Source: Balanoglossus misakiensis (taxonomy: Eukaryota > Animalia > Hemichordata). From it: a stretch of DNA of 64,000 nucleotides. The notes under the pieces were generated by a model. That model was not told the DNA's origin. It was given only the letters and a program-made list of their open reading frames with translations, and did not search any database. Below are positions 1-13,200 of the stretch, one piece after another (the first letter of the stretch is position 1; every line of letters begins with the position of its first letter). Where the stretch lies: NCBI GenBank assembly GCA_040954595.2, contig CM082588.2, forward strand, positions 546,613-610,612, in the 5' to 3' direction. The position numbers were made by a program, and so were the translations under genes.

Positions 1-3000
1 AGAAATGTCAATTTTTCGACTTCGCGAATTTCAAAATTTGGTGCTTTTTCGACAAAAACCATGGGTTATAGCTCATGAAAATCATCCAGAAATGTCAATT
101 TTTCGACTTCGCGAAATTTCAAAATTTGGTGCTTTTTCGACAAAAACCATGGGTTATAGCTCATGAAAATCATCCAGAAATGTCAATTTTTCGACTTCGC
201 GAAATTTCAAAATTTGGTGCTTTTTCGACAAAAACCATGGGTTATAGCTCATGAAAATCATCCAGAAATGTCAATTTTTCGACTTCGCGAAATTTCAAAA
301 TTTGGTGGTTTTTCGACAAAAACCATGGGTTATAGCTCATGAAAATCATCCAGAAATGTCAATTTTTCGACTTCGCGAAATTTCAAAATTTGGTGGTTTT
401 TCGACAAATCCATGGGTTATAGCTCATGAAAATCATCCAGAAATGTCAATTTTTCGACTTCGCGAATTTCAAAATTGGTGCTTTTACGACAAAAACCATG
501 GGTTATAGCTCATGAAAATCATCCAGAAATGTCAATTTTTCTACTTCGCGAAATTTCAAAATTTGGTGCTTTTTCGACAAAAACCATGGGTTATAGCTCA
601 TGAAAATCATCCAGAAATGTCAATTTTTCGACTTCGCGAAATTTCAAAATTTGGTGCTTTTCGACAAAAACCATGGGTTATAGCTCATGAAAATCATCCA
701 GAAATGTCAATATTTCGACTTCGCGAAATTTCGAAATTTGATGGTTTTTCGACAAAAACCATGGGTTATAGCTCATGAAAATCATCCAGAAATGTCAATT
801 TTTCGACTTCGCGAAATTTCAAAATTTGGTTGTTTTTCGACAAAAACCATGGGTTTATAGCTCATGAAAATCATCCAGAAATGTCAATTTTTGACTTCGC
901 GAAATTTCGAAATTTGGTGGTTTTTCGACAAACACCATGGGTTATAGCTCATGAAAATCATCCAGAAATGTCAATTTTTCGACTTCGCGAAATTTCGAAA
1001 TTTGGTGGTTTTTCGACAAAAACATGGATTATAGCTCATGAAAATCATCCAGAAAATGTCAATTTTTCGACTTCGCGAAATTTCGAAAATTTGGTGCTTT
1101 TTCGACAAAAACCATGGGTTATAGCTCATGAAAATCATCCAGAAATGTCAATTTTTCGACTTCGCGAAATTTCGAAATTTGGGGTTTTTCGACAAAAACC
1201 ATGGGTATAGCTCATGAAAATCATCCAGAAAATGTCAATTTTTCGACTTCGCGAAATTTCGAAATTTGGTGGTTTTTCGACAAAAACCATGGGTTATAGC
1301 ACATGAAAATCATCCAGAAATGTCAATTTTCGACTTCGCGAAATTTCGAAATTGGTGGTTTTTTGACAAAAACCATGGGTTATAGCTCATGAAAATCATC
1401 CAGAAATGTCAATTTTTCGACTTCGCGAAATTTCGAAATTTGGTGGTTTTTCGACAAAAACCATGGGTTAAGCTCATGAAAATCATCCAGAAATGTCATT
1501 TTTCGACTTCGCGAAATTTCGAAATTTGGTGGTTTTTCGACAAAAACCATGGGTATAGCTCATGAAAATCATCCAGAAATGTCAAATTTTTCGACTTCGC
1601 GAAATTTCAAAATTTGGTGCTTTTTCGACAAAAACCATGGGTTATAGCTCATGAAAATCATCCAAAAATGTCAATTTTTCGACTTCGCGAAATTTCCGAA
1701 ATTTGGTGGTTTTTCGACAAAAACCATGGGTTATAGCTCATGAAAATCATCCAGAAATGTCAATTTTTCGACTTCCGCGAAATTTCGAAATTTGGTGGTT
1801 TTTCGACAAAAACCATGGGTTATAGCTCATGAAAATCATCCAGAAATGTCAATTTTTCGACTTCGCGAAATTTCGAAATTTGGTGGTTTTTCGACAAAAA
1901 CCATGGGTTATAGCTCATGAAAATCATCCAGAAATGTCAATTTTTCGACTTCGCGAAATTTCGAATTTGGTGGTTTTTCGACAAAAACCATGGGTTATAG
2001 CTCATGAAAATCATCCAGAAATGTCAATTTTTCGACTTCGCGAAATTTCGAAATTTGGTGTTTTTCGACAAAAACCATGGTTATAGCTCATGAAAATCAT
2101 CCAGAAATGTCAATTTTTCGACTTCGCGAAATTTCGAAATTTGGTGGTTTTTCGACAAAAACCATGGGTTATAGCTCATGAAAATCATCCAGAAATGTCA
2201 ATTTTTCGACTTCGCGAAATTTCGAACTTTGGTGGTTTTTCGACAAAAACCATGGGTTATAGCTCATGAAAATCATCCAGAAAGGTCAATTTTTCGACTT
2301 CGCGAAATTCGAACTTTGGTGGTTTTTCGACAAAAACCATGGGTTATAGCTCATGAAAATCCATCCAGAAATGTCAATTTTTCGACTTCGCGAAATTTCG
2401 AACTTTGGTGGTTTTTCGACAAAAACCATGGGTTATAGCTCATGAAAATCATCCAGAAATGTCAATTTTTCGACTTCGCGAAATTTCAAAATTTGGTGGT
2501 TTTTCGACAAAACCATGGGTTAATAGCTCATGAAAATCATCCAGAAATGTCAATTTTTCGACTTCGCGAAATTTCGAAATGTGGTGGTTTTTCGACAAAA
2601 ACCATGGGTTATAGCTCATGAAAATCATCCAGAAATGTTCAATTTTTCGACTTCGCGAAATTTCGAAATTTGGTGCTTTTTCGACAAAAACCATGGGTTA
2701 TAGCTCATGAAAATCATCCAGAAATGTCAATTTTTCGACTTCGCGAAATTTCAAAATTTGGTGGTTTTTCGACAAAAACCATGGTTATAGCTCATGAAAT
2801 CATCCAGAAATGTCAATTTTTCGACTTCGTGAAATTTCAAAATTTGGTGGTTTTTCGACAAAAACCATGGGTTATAGCCCTGAAAATTCATCCAGAAATG
2901 TCAATTTTTCGACTTCGCGAAATTTCAAAATTTGGTGGTTTTTCGACAAAAACCATGGGTTATAGCTCATGAAAATCATCCAGAAATGTCAATTTTTCGA

Positions 3001-6000
3001 CTTCGCGAAATTTCAAAATTTGGTGGTTTTTCGACAAAAACCATGGGTTATAGCTCATGAAAATCATCCAGAAATGTCAATTTTTCGACTTCGCGAAATT
3101 TCAAAATTTGGTGGTTTTTCGACAAAAACCATGGGTTATAGCTCATGAAAATCATCCAGAAATGTCAATTTTTCGACTTCGCGAAATTTCGAAATTTGGT
3201 GCTTTTTCGACAAAAACCATGGGTTATAGCTCATGAAAATCATCCAGAAATGTCAATTTTTCGACTTCGCGAAATTTCGAAATTTGGTGCTTTTTCGACA
3301 AAAACCATGGGTTATAGCTCATGAAAATCATCCAGAAATGTCAATTTTTCGACTTCGCGAAATTTCAAAATTTGGTGGTTTTTCGACAAAAACCATGGGT
3401 TATAGCTCATGAAAATCATCCAGAAATGTCAATTTTTCGACTTCGCGAAATTTCAAAATTTGGTGGTTTTTCGACAAAAACCATGGGTTATAGCTCATGA
3501 AAAATCATCCAGAAATGTCAATTTTTCGACTTCGCGAAATTTCAAAATTTGGTGGTTTTTCGACAAATCCATGGGTTATAGCTCATGAAAATCATCCAGA
3601 AATGTCAATTTTTCGACTTCGCGAAATTTCAAAATTTGGTGCTTTTTCGACAAAAACCATGGGTTATAGCTCATGAAAATCATCCAGAAATGTCAATTTT
3701 TCGACTTCGCGAAATTTCAAAATTTGGTGCTTTTTCGACAAAAACCATGGGTTATAGCTCATGAAAATCATCCAGAAATGTCAATTTTTCGACTTCGCGA
3801 AATTTCAAAATTTGGTGCTTTTTCGACAAAAACCATGGGTTATAGCTCATGAAAATCATCCAGAAATGTCAATATTTCGACTTCGCGAAATTTCGAAATT
3901 TGGTGGTTTTTCGACAAAAACCATGGGTTATAGCTCATGAAAATCATCCAGAAATGTCAATTTTTCGACTTCGCGAAATTTCAAAATTTGGTTGTTTTTC
4001 GACAAAAACCATGGGTTATAGCTCATGAAAATCATCCAGAAATGTCAATTTTTCGACTTCGCGAAATTTCGAAATTTGGTGGTTTTTCGACAAAAACCAT
4101 GGGTTATAGCTCATGAAAATCATCCAGAAATGTCAATTTTTCGACTTCGCGAAATTTCGAAATTTGGTGGTTTTTCGACAAAAACCATGGATTATAGCTC
4201 ATGAAAATCATCCAGAAATGTCAATTTTTCGACTTCGCGAAATTTCGAAATTTGGTGCTTTTTCGACAAAAACCATGGGTTATAGCTCATGAAAATCATC
4301 CAGAAATGTCAATTTTTCGACTTCGCGAAATTTCGAAATTTGGTGGTTTTTCGACAAAAACCATGGGTTATAGCTCATGAAAATCATCCAGAAATGTCAA
4401 TTTTTCGACTTCGCGAAATTTCGAAATTTGGTGGTTTTTCGACAAAAACCATGGGTTATAGCACATGAAAATCATCCAGAAATGTCAATTTTTCGACTTC
4501 GCGAAATTTCGAAATTTGGTGGTTTTTCGACAAAAACCATGGGTTATAGCTCATGAAAATCATCCAGAAATGTCAATTTTTCGACTTCGCGAAATTTCGA
4601 AATTTGGTGGTTTTTCGACAAAAACCATGGGTTATAGCTCATGAAAATCATCCAGAAATGTCAATTTTTCGACTTCGCGAAATTTCGAAATTTGGTGGTT
4701 TTTCGACAAAAACCATGGGTTATAGCTCATGAAAATCATCCAGAAATGTCAATTTTTCGACTTCGCGAAATTTCAAAATTTGGTGCTTTTTCGACAAAAA
4801 CCATGGGTTATAGCTCATGAAAATCATCCAGAAATGTCAATTTTTCGACTTCGCGAAATTTCGAAATTTGGTGGTTTTTCGACAAAAACCATGGGTTATA
4901 GCTCATGAAAATCATCCAGAAATGTCAATTTTTCGACTTCGCGAAATTTCGAAATTTGGTGGTTTTTCGACAAAAACCATGGGTTATAGCTCATGAAAAT
5001 CATCCAGAAATGTCAATTTTTCGACTTCGCGAAATTTCGAAATTTGGTGGTTTTTCGACAAAAACCATGGGTTATAGCTCATGAAAATCATCCAGAAATG
5101 TCAATTTTTCGACTTCGCGAAATTTCGAAATTTGGTGGTTTTTCGACAAAAACCATGGGTTATAGCTCATGAAAATCATCCAGAAATGTCAATTTTTCGA
5201 CTTCGCGAAATTTCGAAATTTGGTGGTTTTTCGACAAAAACCATGGGTTATAGCTCATGAAAATCATCCAGAAATGTCAATTTTTCGACTTCGCGAAATT
5301 TCGAAATTTGGTGGTTTTTCGACAAAAACCATGGGTTATAGCTCATGAAAATCATCCAGAAATGTCAATTTTTCGACTTCGCGAAATTTCGAACTTTGGT
5401 GGTTTTTCGACAAAAACCATGGGTTATAGCTCATGAAAATCATCCAGAAATGTCAATTTTTCGACTTCGCGAAATTTCGAACTTTGGTGGTTTTTCGACA
5501 AAAACCATGGGTTATAGCTCATGAAAATCATCCAGAAATGTCAATTTTTCGACTTCGCGAAATTTCGAAATTTGGTGGTTTTTCGACAAAAACCATGGGT
5601 TATAGCTCATGAAAATCATCCAGAAATGTCAATTTTTCGACTTCGCGAAATTTCAAAATTTGGTGCTTTTTCGACAAAAACCATGGGTTATAGCTCATGA
5701 AAATCATCCAGAAATGTCAATTTTTCGACTTCGCGAAATTTCGAAATTTGGTGGTTTTTCGACAAAAACCATGGGTTATAGCTCATGAAAATCATCCAGA
5801 AATGTCAATTTTTCGACTTCGCGAAATTTCGAAATTTGGTGGTTTTTCGACAAAAACCATGGGTTATAGCTCATGAAAATCATCCAGAAATGTCAATTTT
5901 TCGACTTCGCGAAATTTCGAAATTTGGTGGTTTTTCGACAAAAACCATGGGTTATAGCTCATGAAAATCATCCAGAAATGTCAATTTTTCGACTTCGCGA

Positions 6001-8942
6001 AATTTCGAAATTTGGTGGTTTTTCGACAAAAACCATGGGTTATAGCTCATGAAAATCATCCAGAAATGTCAATTTTTCGACTTCGCGAAATTTCGAAATT
6101 TGGTGGTTTTTCGACAAAAACCATGGGTTATAGCTCATGAAAATCATCCAGAAATGTCAATTTTTCGACTTCGCGAAATTTCGAAATTTGGTGGTTTTTC
6201 GACAAAAACCATGGGTTATAGCTCATGAAAATCATCCAGAAATGTCAATTTTTCGACTTCGCGAAATTTCGAACTTTGGTGGTTTTTCGACAAAAACCAT
6301 GGGTTATAGCTCATGAAAATCATCCAGAAATGTCAATTTTTCGACTTCGCGAAATTTCGAACTTTGGTGGTTTTTCGACAAAAACCATGGGTTATAGCTC
6401 ATGAAAATCATCCAGAAATGTCAATTTTTCGACTTCGCGAAATTTCGAACTTTGGTGGTTTTTCGACAAAAACCATGGGTTATAGCTCATGAAAATCATC
6501 CAGAAATGTCAATTTTTCGACTTCGCGAAATTTCGAAATTTGGTGGTTTTTCGACAAAAACCATGGGTTATAGCTCATGAAAATCATCCAGAAATGTCAA
6601 TTTTTCGACTTCGCGAAATTTCGAACTTTGGTGGTTTTTCGACAAAAACCATGGGTTATAGCTCATGAAAATCATCCAGAAATGTCAATTTTTCGACTTC
6701 GCGAAATTTCGAAATTTGGTGGTTTTTCGACAAAAACCATGGGTTATAGCTCATGAAAATCATCCAGAAATGTCAATTTTTCGACTTCGCGAAATTTCGA
6801 AATTTGGTGGTTTTTCGACAAAAACCATGGGTTATAGCTCATGAAAATCATCCAGAAATGTCAATTTTTCGACTTCGCGAAATTTCGAAATTTGGTGGTT
6901 TTTCGACAAAAACCATGGGTTATAGCTCATGAAAATCATCCAGAAATGTCAATTTTTCGACTTCGCAAAATTTCGAAATTTGGTGGTTTTTCGACAAAAA
7001 CCATGGGTTATAGCTCATGAAAATCATCCAGAAATGTCAATTTTTCGACTTCGCGAAATTTCGAAATTTGGTGGTTTTTCGACAAAAACCATGGGTTATA
7101 GCTCATGAAAATCATCCAGAAATGTCAATTTTTCGACTTCGCGAAATTTCGAAATTTGGTGGTTTTTCGACAAAAACCATGGGTTATAGCTCATGAAAAT
7201 CATCCAGAAATGTCAATTTTTCGACTTCGCGAAATTTCGAAATTTGGTGGTTTTTCGACAAAAACCATGGGTTATAGCTCATGAAAATCATCCAGAAATG
7301 TCAATTTTTCGACTTCGCGAAATTTCGAAATTTGGTGGTTTTTCGACAAAAACCATGGGTTATAGCTCATGAAAATCATCCAGAAATGTCAATTTTTCGA
7401 CTTCGCGAAATTTCAAAATTTGGTGGTTTTTCGACAAAAACCATGGGTTATAGCTCATGAAAATCATCCAGAAATGTCAATTTTTCGACTTCGCGAAATT
7501 TCAAAATTTGGTGGTTTTTCGACAAAAACCATGGGTTATAGCTCATGAAAATCATCCAGAAATGTCAATTTTTCGACTTCGCGAAATTTCAAAATTTGGT
7601 GGTTTTTCGACAAATCCATGGGTTATAGCTCATGAAAATCATCCAGAAATGTCAATTTTTCGACTTCGCGAAATTTCAAAATTTGGTGGTTTTTCGACAA
7701 AAACCATGGGTTATAGCTCATGAAAATCATCCAGAAATGTCAATTTTTCGACTTCGCGAAATTTCAAAATTTGGTGGTTTTTCGACAAAAACCATGGGTT
7801 ATAGCTCATGAAAATCATCCAGAAATGTCAATTTTTCGACTTCGCGAAATTTCAAAATTTGGTGGATTTTCGACAAAAACCATGGGTTATAGCTCATGAA
7901 AATCATCCAGAAATGTCAATTTTTCGACTTCGCGAAATTTCGAAATTTGGTGGTTTTTCGACAAAAACCATGGGTTATAGCTCATGAAAATCATCCAGAA
8001 ATGTCAATTTTTCGACTTCGCGAAATTTCAAAATGTGGTGGTTTTTCGACAAAAACCATGGGTTATAGCTCATGAAAATCATCCAGAAATGTCAATTTTT
8101 CGACTTCGCGAAATTTCGAAATGTGGTGGTTTTTCGACAAAAACCATGGGTTATAGCTCATGAAAATCATCCAGAAATGTCAATTTTTCGACTTCGCGAA
8201 ATTTCGAAATTTGGTGGTTTTTCGACAAAAACCATGGGTTATAGCTCATGAAAATCATCCAGAAATGTCAATTTTTCGACTTCGCGAAATTTCGAAATTT
8301 GGTGGTTTTTCGACAAAAACCATGGGTTATAGCTCATGAAAATCATCCAGAAATGTCAATTTTTCGACTTCGCGAAATTTCGAAATTTGGTGCTTTTTCG
8401 ACAAAAACCATAGGTTATAGCTCATGAAAATCATCCAGAAATGTCAATTTTTCGACTTCGCGAAATTTCGAAATTTGGTGCTTTTTCGACAAAAACCATG
8501 GGTTATAGCTCATGAAAATCATCCAGAAATGTCAATTTTTCGACTTCGCGAAATTTCGAAATTTGGTGCTTTTTCGACAAAAACCATGGGTTATAGCTCA
8601 TGAAAATCATCCAGAAATGTCAATTTTTCGACTTCGCGAAATTTCGAAATGTGGTGGTTTTTCGACAAAAACCATGGGTTATAGCTCATGAAAATCATCC
8701 AGAAATGTCAATTTTTCGACTTCGCGAAATTTCAAAATTTGGTGCTTTTTTGACAAAAACCATGGGTTATAGCTCATGAAAATCATCCAGAAATGTCAAT
8801 TTTTCGACTTCGCGAAATTTCAAAATTTGGTGGTTTTTCGACAAAAACCATGGGTTATAGCTCATGAAAATCATCCAGAAATGTCAATTTTTCGACTTCG
8901 CGAAATTTCGAAATTTGGTGGTCTTTTGATAAAAACCATGGG
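1..8942. repeat. 88-bp tandem satellite array, ~101 copies, truncated by the window start
   Basis: Unit agaaatgtcaatttttcgacttcgcgaaatttc(g/a)aaatttggtg(g/c)tttttcgacaaaaaccatgggttatagctcatgaaaatcatcc = 88 bp. The same phase recurs at 3001, 4321, 5641 and 6961 (1320 = 15 x 88). The array ends abruptly at ~8942. Confidence 0.99.
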
Positions 8943-9344
8943 ATAAATTTTAATGAGCCAATGGATTCATGGTCAAAGTACACTGTCATCACTATTATAA
9001 TCCTGGAAGCGTATAGCCTTGAGCCATGTCTCAAAATTTTTCTTAAAATCAACTTTGATTGTATTGGTTTTCTTTATTCCAATTCAGATTTTCCTGACAC
9101 TGGTCTAGTTTGATGTACATCACTATGAATTTGGAAAAATATCAGCCTTGAAATGGATGTATTCCCTAAGCTTCTATTTTTCAACAATGTAACTCTCATA
9201 TATATGGTATAATTTGTGCATGAGTTTTTTTGAATTCCCAACAAAAAACGCCAGGAGCAAAACTTTTTTATTAAGCAGATTTTTTATTTTCTCATGGTAG
9301 AAACACCAGTTAGGTTCAAAAAACTGCAGCTAAGGTAAGTATAC

Positions 9345-9425
9345 AAATCCTTTAACCATGGTTTGGTCCAACTCCATAGTTTTCAATGACAGTGTTGGTC
9401 CTCTATACAGTGAATAGGGGGTTCT
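9345..9425 (+). mobile_element. Degenerate copy of a short MITE-like dispersed repeat
   Basis: ctttaaccatggtttggtccaactccatagttttcaatg...gttggtcctctatacagtgaatagggggt aligns by eye to the reverse complement of 14272-14362 (tggtttggtccaa.tccat.gttt...gttgg...gggggt). Confidence 0.55.
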
Positions 9426-10283
9426 TAAATATTATGAAATGTTAACTGATATAAAATTGCATAGTAGAAGCTTACAGATGCAAAGTTTGCCTTATAAGAA
9501 AAATAAATCAGCCTCAAACAAATCTCTTCACCATGACAATATTATCACTGCTCAGTCTCCTCACGGCATTTCAGGCTCTGTTTCCAGTCCCCATATGAAG
9601 AATTAAAATCATCGAAGTACTCTCTCATAATTGCTGTTAATACATGTATAAGGTACAAAAGGAAAAAAATCACAAAGAATTCACAAATGTCAATACTTAC
9701 ATTCTCTTGTAAAATAAACAACAACAAATTAAGTTTGGGCCATTTTCTTAAAAATATAAACCAGTCTTAGAATTTTCTGTTACATTACAAAGTTTTCAAA
9801 TGAAACTTCTCTTACATGTATGTACAATTATGAAACCAAAATTATAGGGACAAGTGACAGCTAGTTTTTATTTTTAAAATATGAACTGTTTCAAATTGAC
9901 AAAACTTTTAATTTGTGCTCAAACAGATATTTATTGCTTGGTAACTTTAAAAATTTCCTTTTCCACATAATAATTTACAAATTACAGATATATTGCAAAA
10001 GACATGGTCATTTCACAAAATGTCAAATGAAAGTCAAAGATGAGTTGCATTGACTTACTTTTCAACAATTGCTGTAAGTAAACCAAGTTCATTTTTTTGA
10101 AAAGTTGACTCTATGAGCATTATTCTCATGAAAATGCAAATTTAAATGGATATGTAAATTACTCTGTATCAAATCACAGTCACAAGTCTGTCGCTTTAAA
10201 TAAATATGTTTCTACATTTCAAAATCGCAACATAATCCGTGACGTCTCCTTTAAGGAACATGGCACATAAAAAAGTGACATGC

Positions 10284-13200
10284 CTAATATGACGCATAAA
10301 AATCCACTTTCTGACTCCACATGATAGCTGCTTTCACTTTCTTGTAAGTGTTATCAACATCTTGAAGGCTCTGACTAACCACAGTCCTAGCATTCTTAAT
10401 TCTAGCTCGGTTTATATCAACAGTTAACAGGATATTCTTCACATCTTTATGTGTCTTGCCATGTTTGACTGCTAAATCCCACGTCTTTTCTGCCATGCTG
10501 CTGATCTTCTCATCCAAATCCAACAAGATGTTGTCAACTCTTGGACAGTCGCGCAGTATTACTTTACATGCTGAGACAACCTGCAATGACAAATATTGTT
10601 TTGGTAAATAGTTGTGTTCAGAAGACAGATGTTGGCACAGTGCTCAAGGATTATACAACATAAATGGAGAGGTTTGGGATATAATTGTCCACATACAAAT
10701 ACACATTTTACCAGTTGTGTTTCAATATTGGTACAATGGTAACTGAACAGTCAGCAATTCAGTGAAGTTACATTTATTACCGTACCTCTGAATGAAAAGT
10801 CTTCAATGCTTTTCTCACTGGTAGTTTTAATGTTGTTTCTCCTCTCACAACCAACTGCAGAAATCCATTATCATCAACAGCCTGGGAAAGAAAATATTAC
10901 AGTTATCGTCTCATAGAATCCATGCATCTTTTCACTACTGCGCATCACATCACATCACATCAACTTTGGCAAAGTGTCCAACATCCTTAACTGGAACATT
11001 AACATACACAAATCTTTCATGGTTTTTATCTCACCATAAACTCTTGATCCTCCCCGATGATATCTTTTAATCCAGAAATACAATCTTCTATGCTTGAATT
11101 TGGAGTTAGAACAACATCAGCTTCAGCACATGCCGTTTTAAATTTCTTCACAGCCTCAAGGTAGTTTTCTTTTTCTTCGTGAGCTTTCTTCACTGGCAAG
11201 TTACATTTGTGAAACAAATCATCCAACTGAAAAATAAAAGAAGGCAAAAAACTGAATTCTGATAAAATAATAATCACTCTTATGGAATGGAATGACAAAA
11301 GTCATGATTGAATCTCATTCCATCGAGAATTCCACACACACCACACAATGCTTAAAACAAAGGTATACGCACAAATGTACCACAAGAGGGCGTACTCTTA
11401 CTACCTCAGGTATATCAACTTCCCGAAAATATTCAAAATCATCATCTGGCCTGGGTTTCAGCTTTCTCTTTTTCTTCAGTTTTTGTTTTTGTTTGAGTTC
11501 CATTTTTTCCTTGGCTTTGTGTTTGAGTTTGCTTTCTATGAGATATCTGAGTAGTGCCTGTATTGCTGTATGTACACTGCCATCTGCGTCTTTGGCAGAA
11601 ACCATCACACTGTGTAAAGAAGCAAGAGTTATCAACAAAGTCAGCAATTTGGAATTCTGGCCTCCATTTTGAATTGATTATTTCCCTGTTGTCTTTTGGT
11701 GAGGTTAAGAGTGCCAACTTATTTACATAACAGTCAGTCAATCAATCAGTCAGTCAGTCAACCAGTCAGTCAGTCAATCATGTCTTTGGATTTTCTGTGA
11801 TGTAAAACAATAAATGCAATAGTCTTATAGCATAACCTAAGTCTTACAACCTCACATGCAAAAGTCTTACACTCAGCAAGTCACATACCTTCCAACAAAT
11901 CCATGTTGTTCAGCCACGTTCTCCATGAGGACAACTTCTTTTGGTTTGTATAATTCATCATCTTCGTCTGTTGCCTTGGTTATCTTCTCTGTCTCTTCTT
12001 CTTTTTCCTCTTCCTTCTGCTCATCATCCACAGCATCGGTGAAATGTATCTTCCTATTCTTTTCAGCTATCTCATCACCATCACCATTTTCATCATCACC
12101 GTCACCACCACCACCATCATCATCTTTGTTTTTGTTATCTTCATCATTCACATCTTTCTTTTGTTCATCTTTATTCATCTTGGCTTTGTCCCTTTCTTCA
12201 ATCTGAAATGTTCAAAGTTGATGGGATAATTCAACCACCATGTGACTGTATTTGTTTCACATGAATCAGACATTATTTCATTACATGTGTACTCATGAGA
12301 ACTGCACCCCAGGACACCAGTCCAGTGCAGTCTCTATTCAATTTGGGTTTTGCCATTCCATTTATCCGTAGCAAAAGCCAATTCCACTCTGGTTGCACTA
12401 TCGTGATAATGCATGCCACTGGCCCACTGAACACAAATAATTAGCAACTCAGTGGGCCGCCCATCAGCTCTCTGGGCCCAGTGAATCAGACACAACTGGT
12501 AAACACAGCAAGTCACTGAGTGAACCCACCATGCAAGGCGTATGCAGAAGTATAGTTGACTGAACAAAGCATACGTCCAATGAATAGATGATATGAATAT
12601 AACAGATGTAAAATTATCATGTCTGCCTCATACTGGTACTTAATTTGACCTCAATGACACAAAGTGTGTACGTATACCATATGTGCATACAGCTTGCACA
12701 CAGCACTGTGTACACTACCTAATCCAACATGTGTCTACCACCTCTTATAGTTGACCAAAAATTGAAAATATTCAACATCAATTCTTAAATTCAAAATTAG
12801 AACCACATCCCAACCAACAGCCAAAACCTGATTTTCACAGCTTGTACAAAAATAAACTGTTCTTGCTTTAGAATCCTAGCAATTCTGCTACGTGTGACAT
12901 GATCATTACTATTAAAAACTACACATTACGGAAATAACTGTCCATGAAGATTTTTGAGTTAAAGCACAGTAATATGTCTTGGTGCATTTCTTCTCTCTAT
13001 CTTTCTTTCTTTCACAACGTCACACAAGATCTGCAACACTGCACGGAATGTTACAAGGAAGAGATAATTGTACATGGCACTCATTATTGATTAACTCAGA
13101 GGTCATGTTATTAACAAATCCATCATTTTAAACATTAACTAGTATCAGCACAAATTAATACAAACATGGCTACAGTGTATCAATTTATTACAAATATGAG

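Noticed and set aside
1-8942. CRISPR array, or CENP-B box / BANP (TCTCGCGAGA) sites
   Set aside because: No unique spacers and the context is eukaryotic. Neither motif is actually matched; the unit has TTCGCGAA.
251-9052. Repetitive ORFs (MKIIQKCQFF..., HENHPEMSIFRLRE...)
   Set aside because: They are translations of an 88-bp unit that is not a multiple of 3; the longer ones arise only where indels skip stop codons.
11292-12229. Plus-strand Ser/Phe-rich ORFs
   Set aside because: Antisense shadows of the acidic and basic Rab-like exons.
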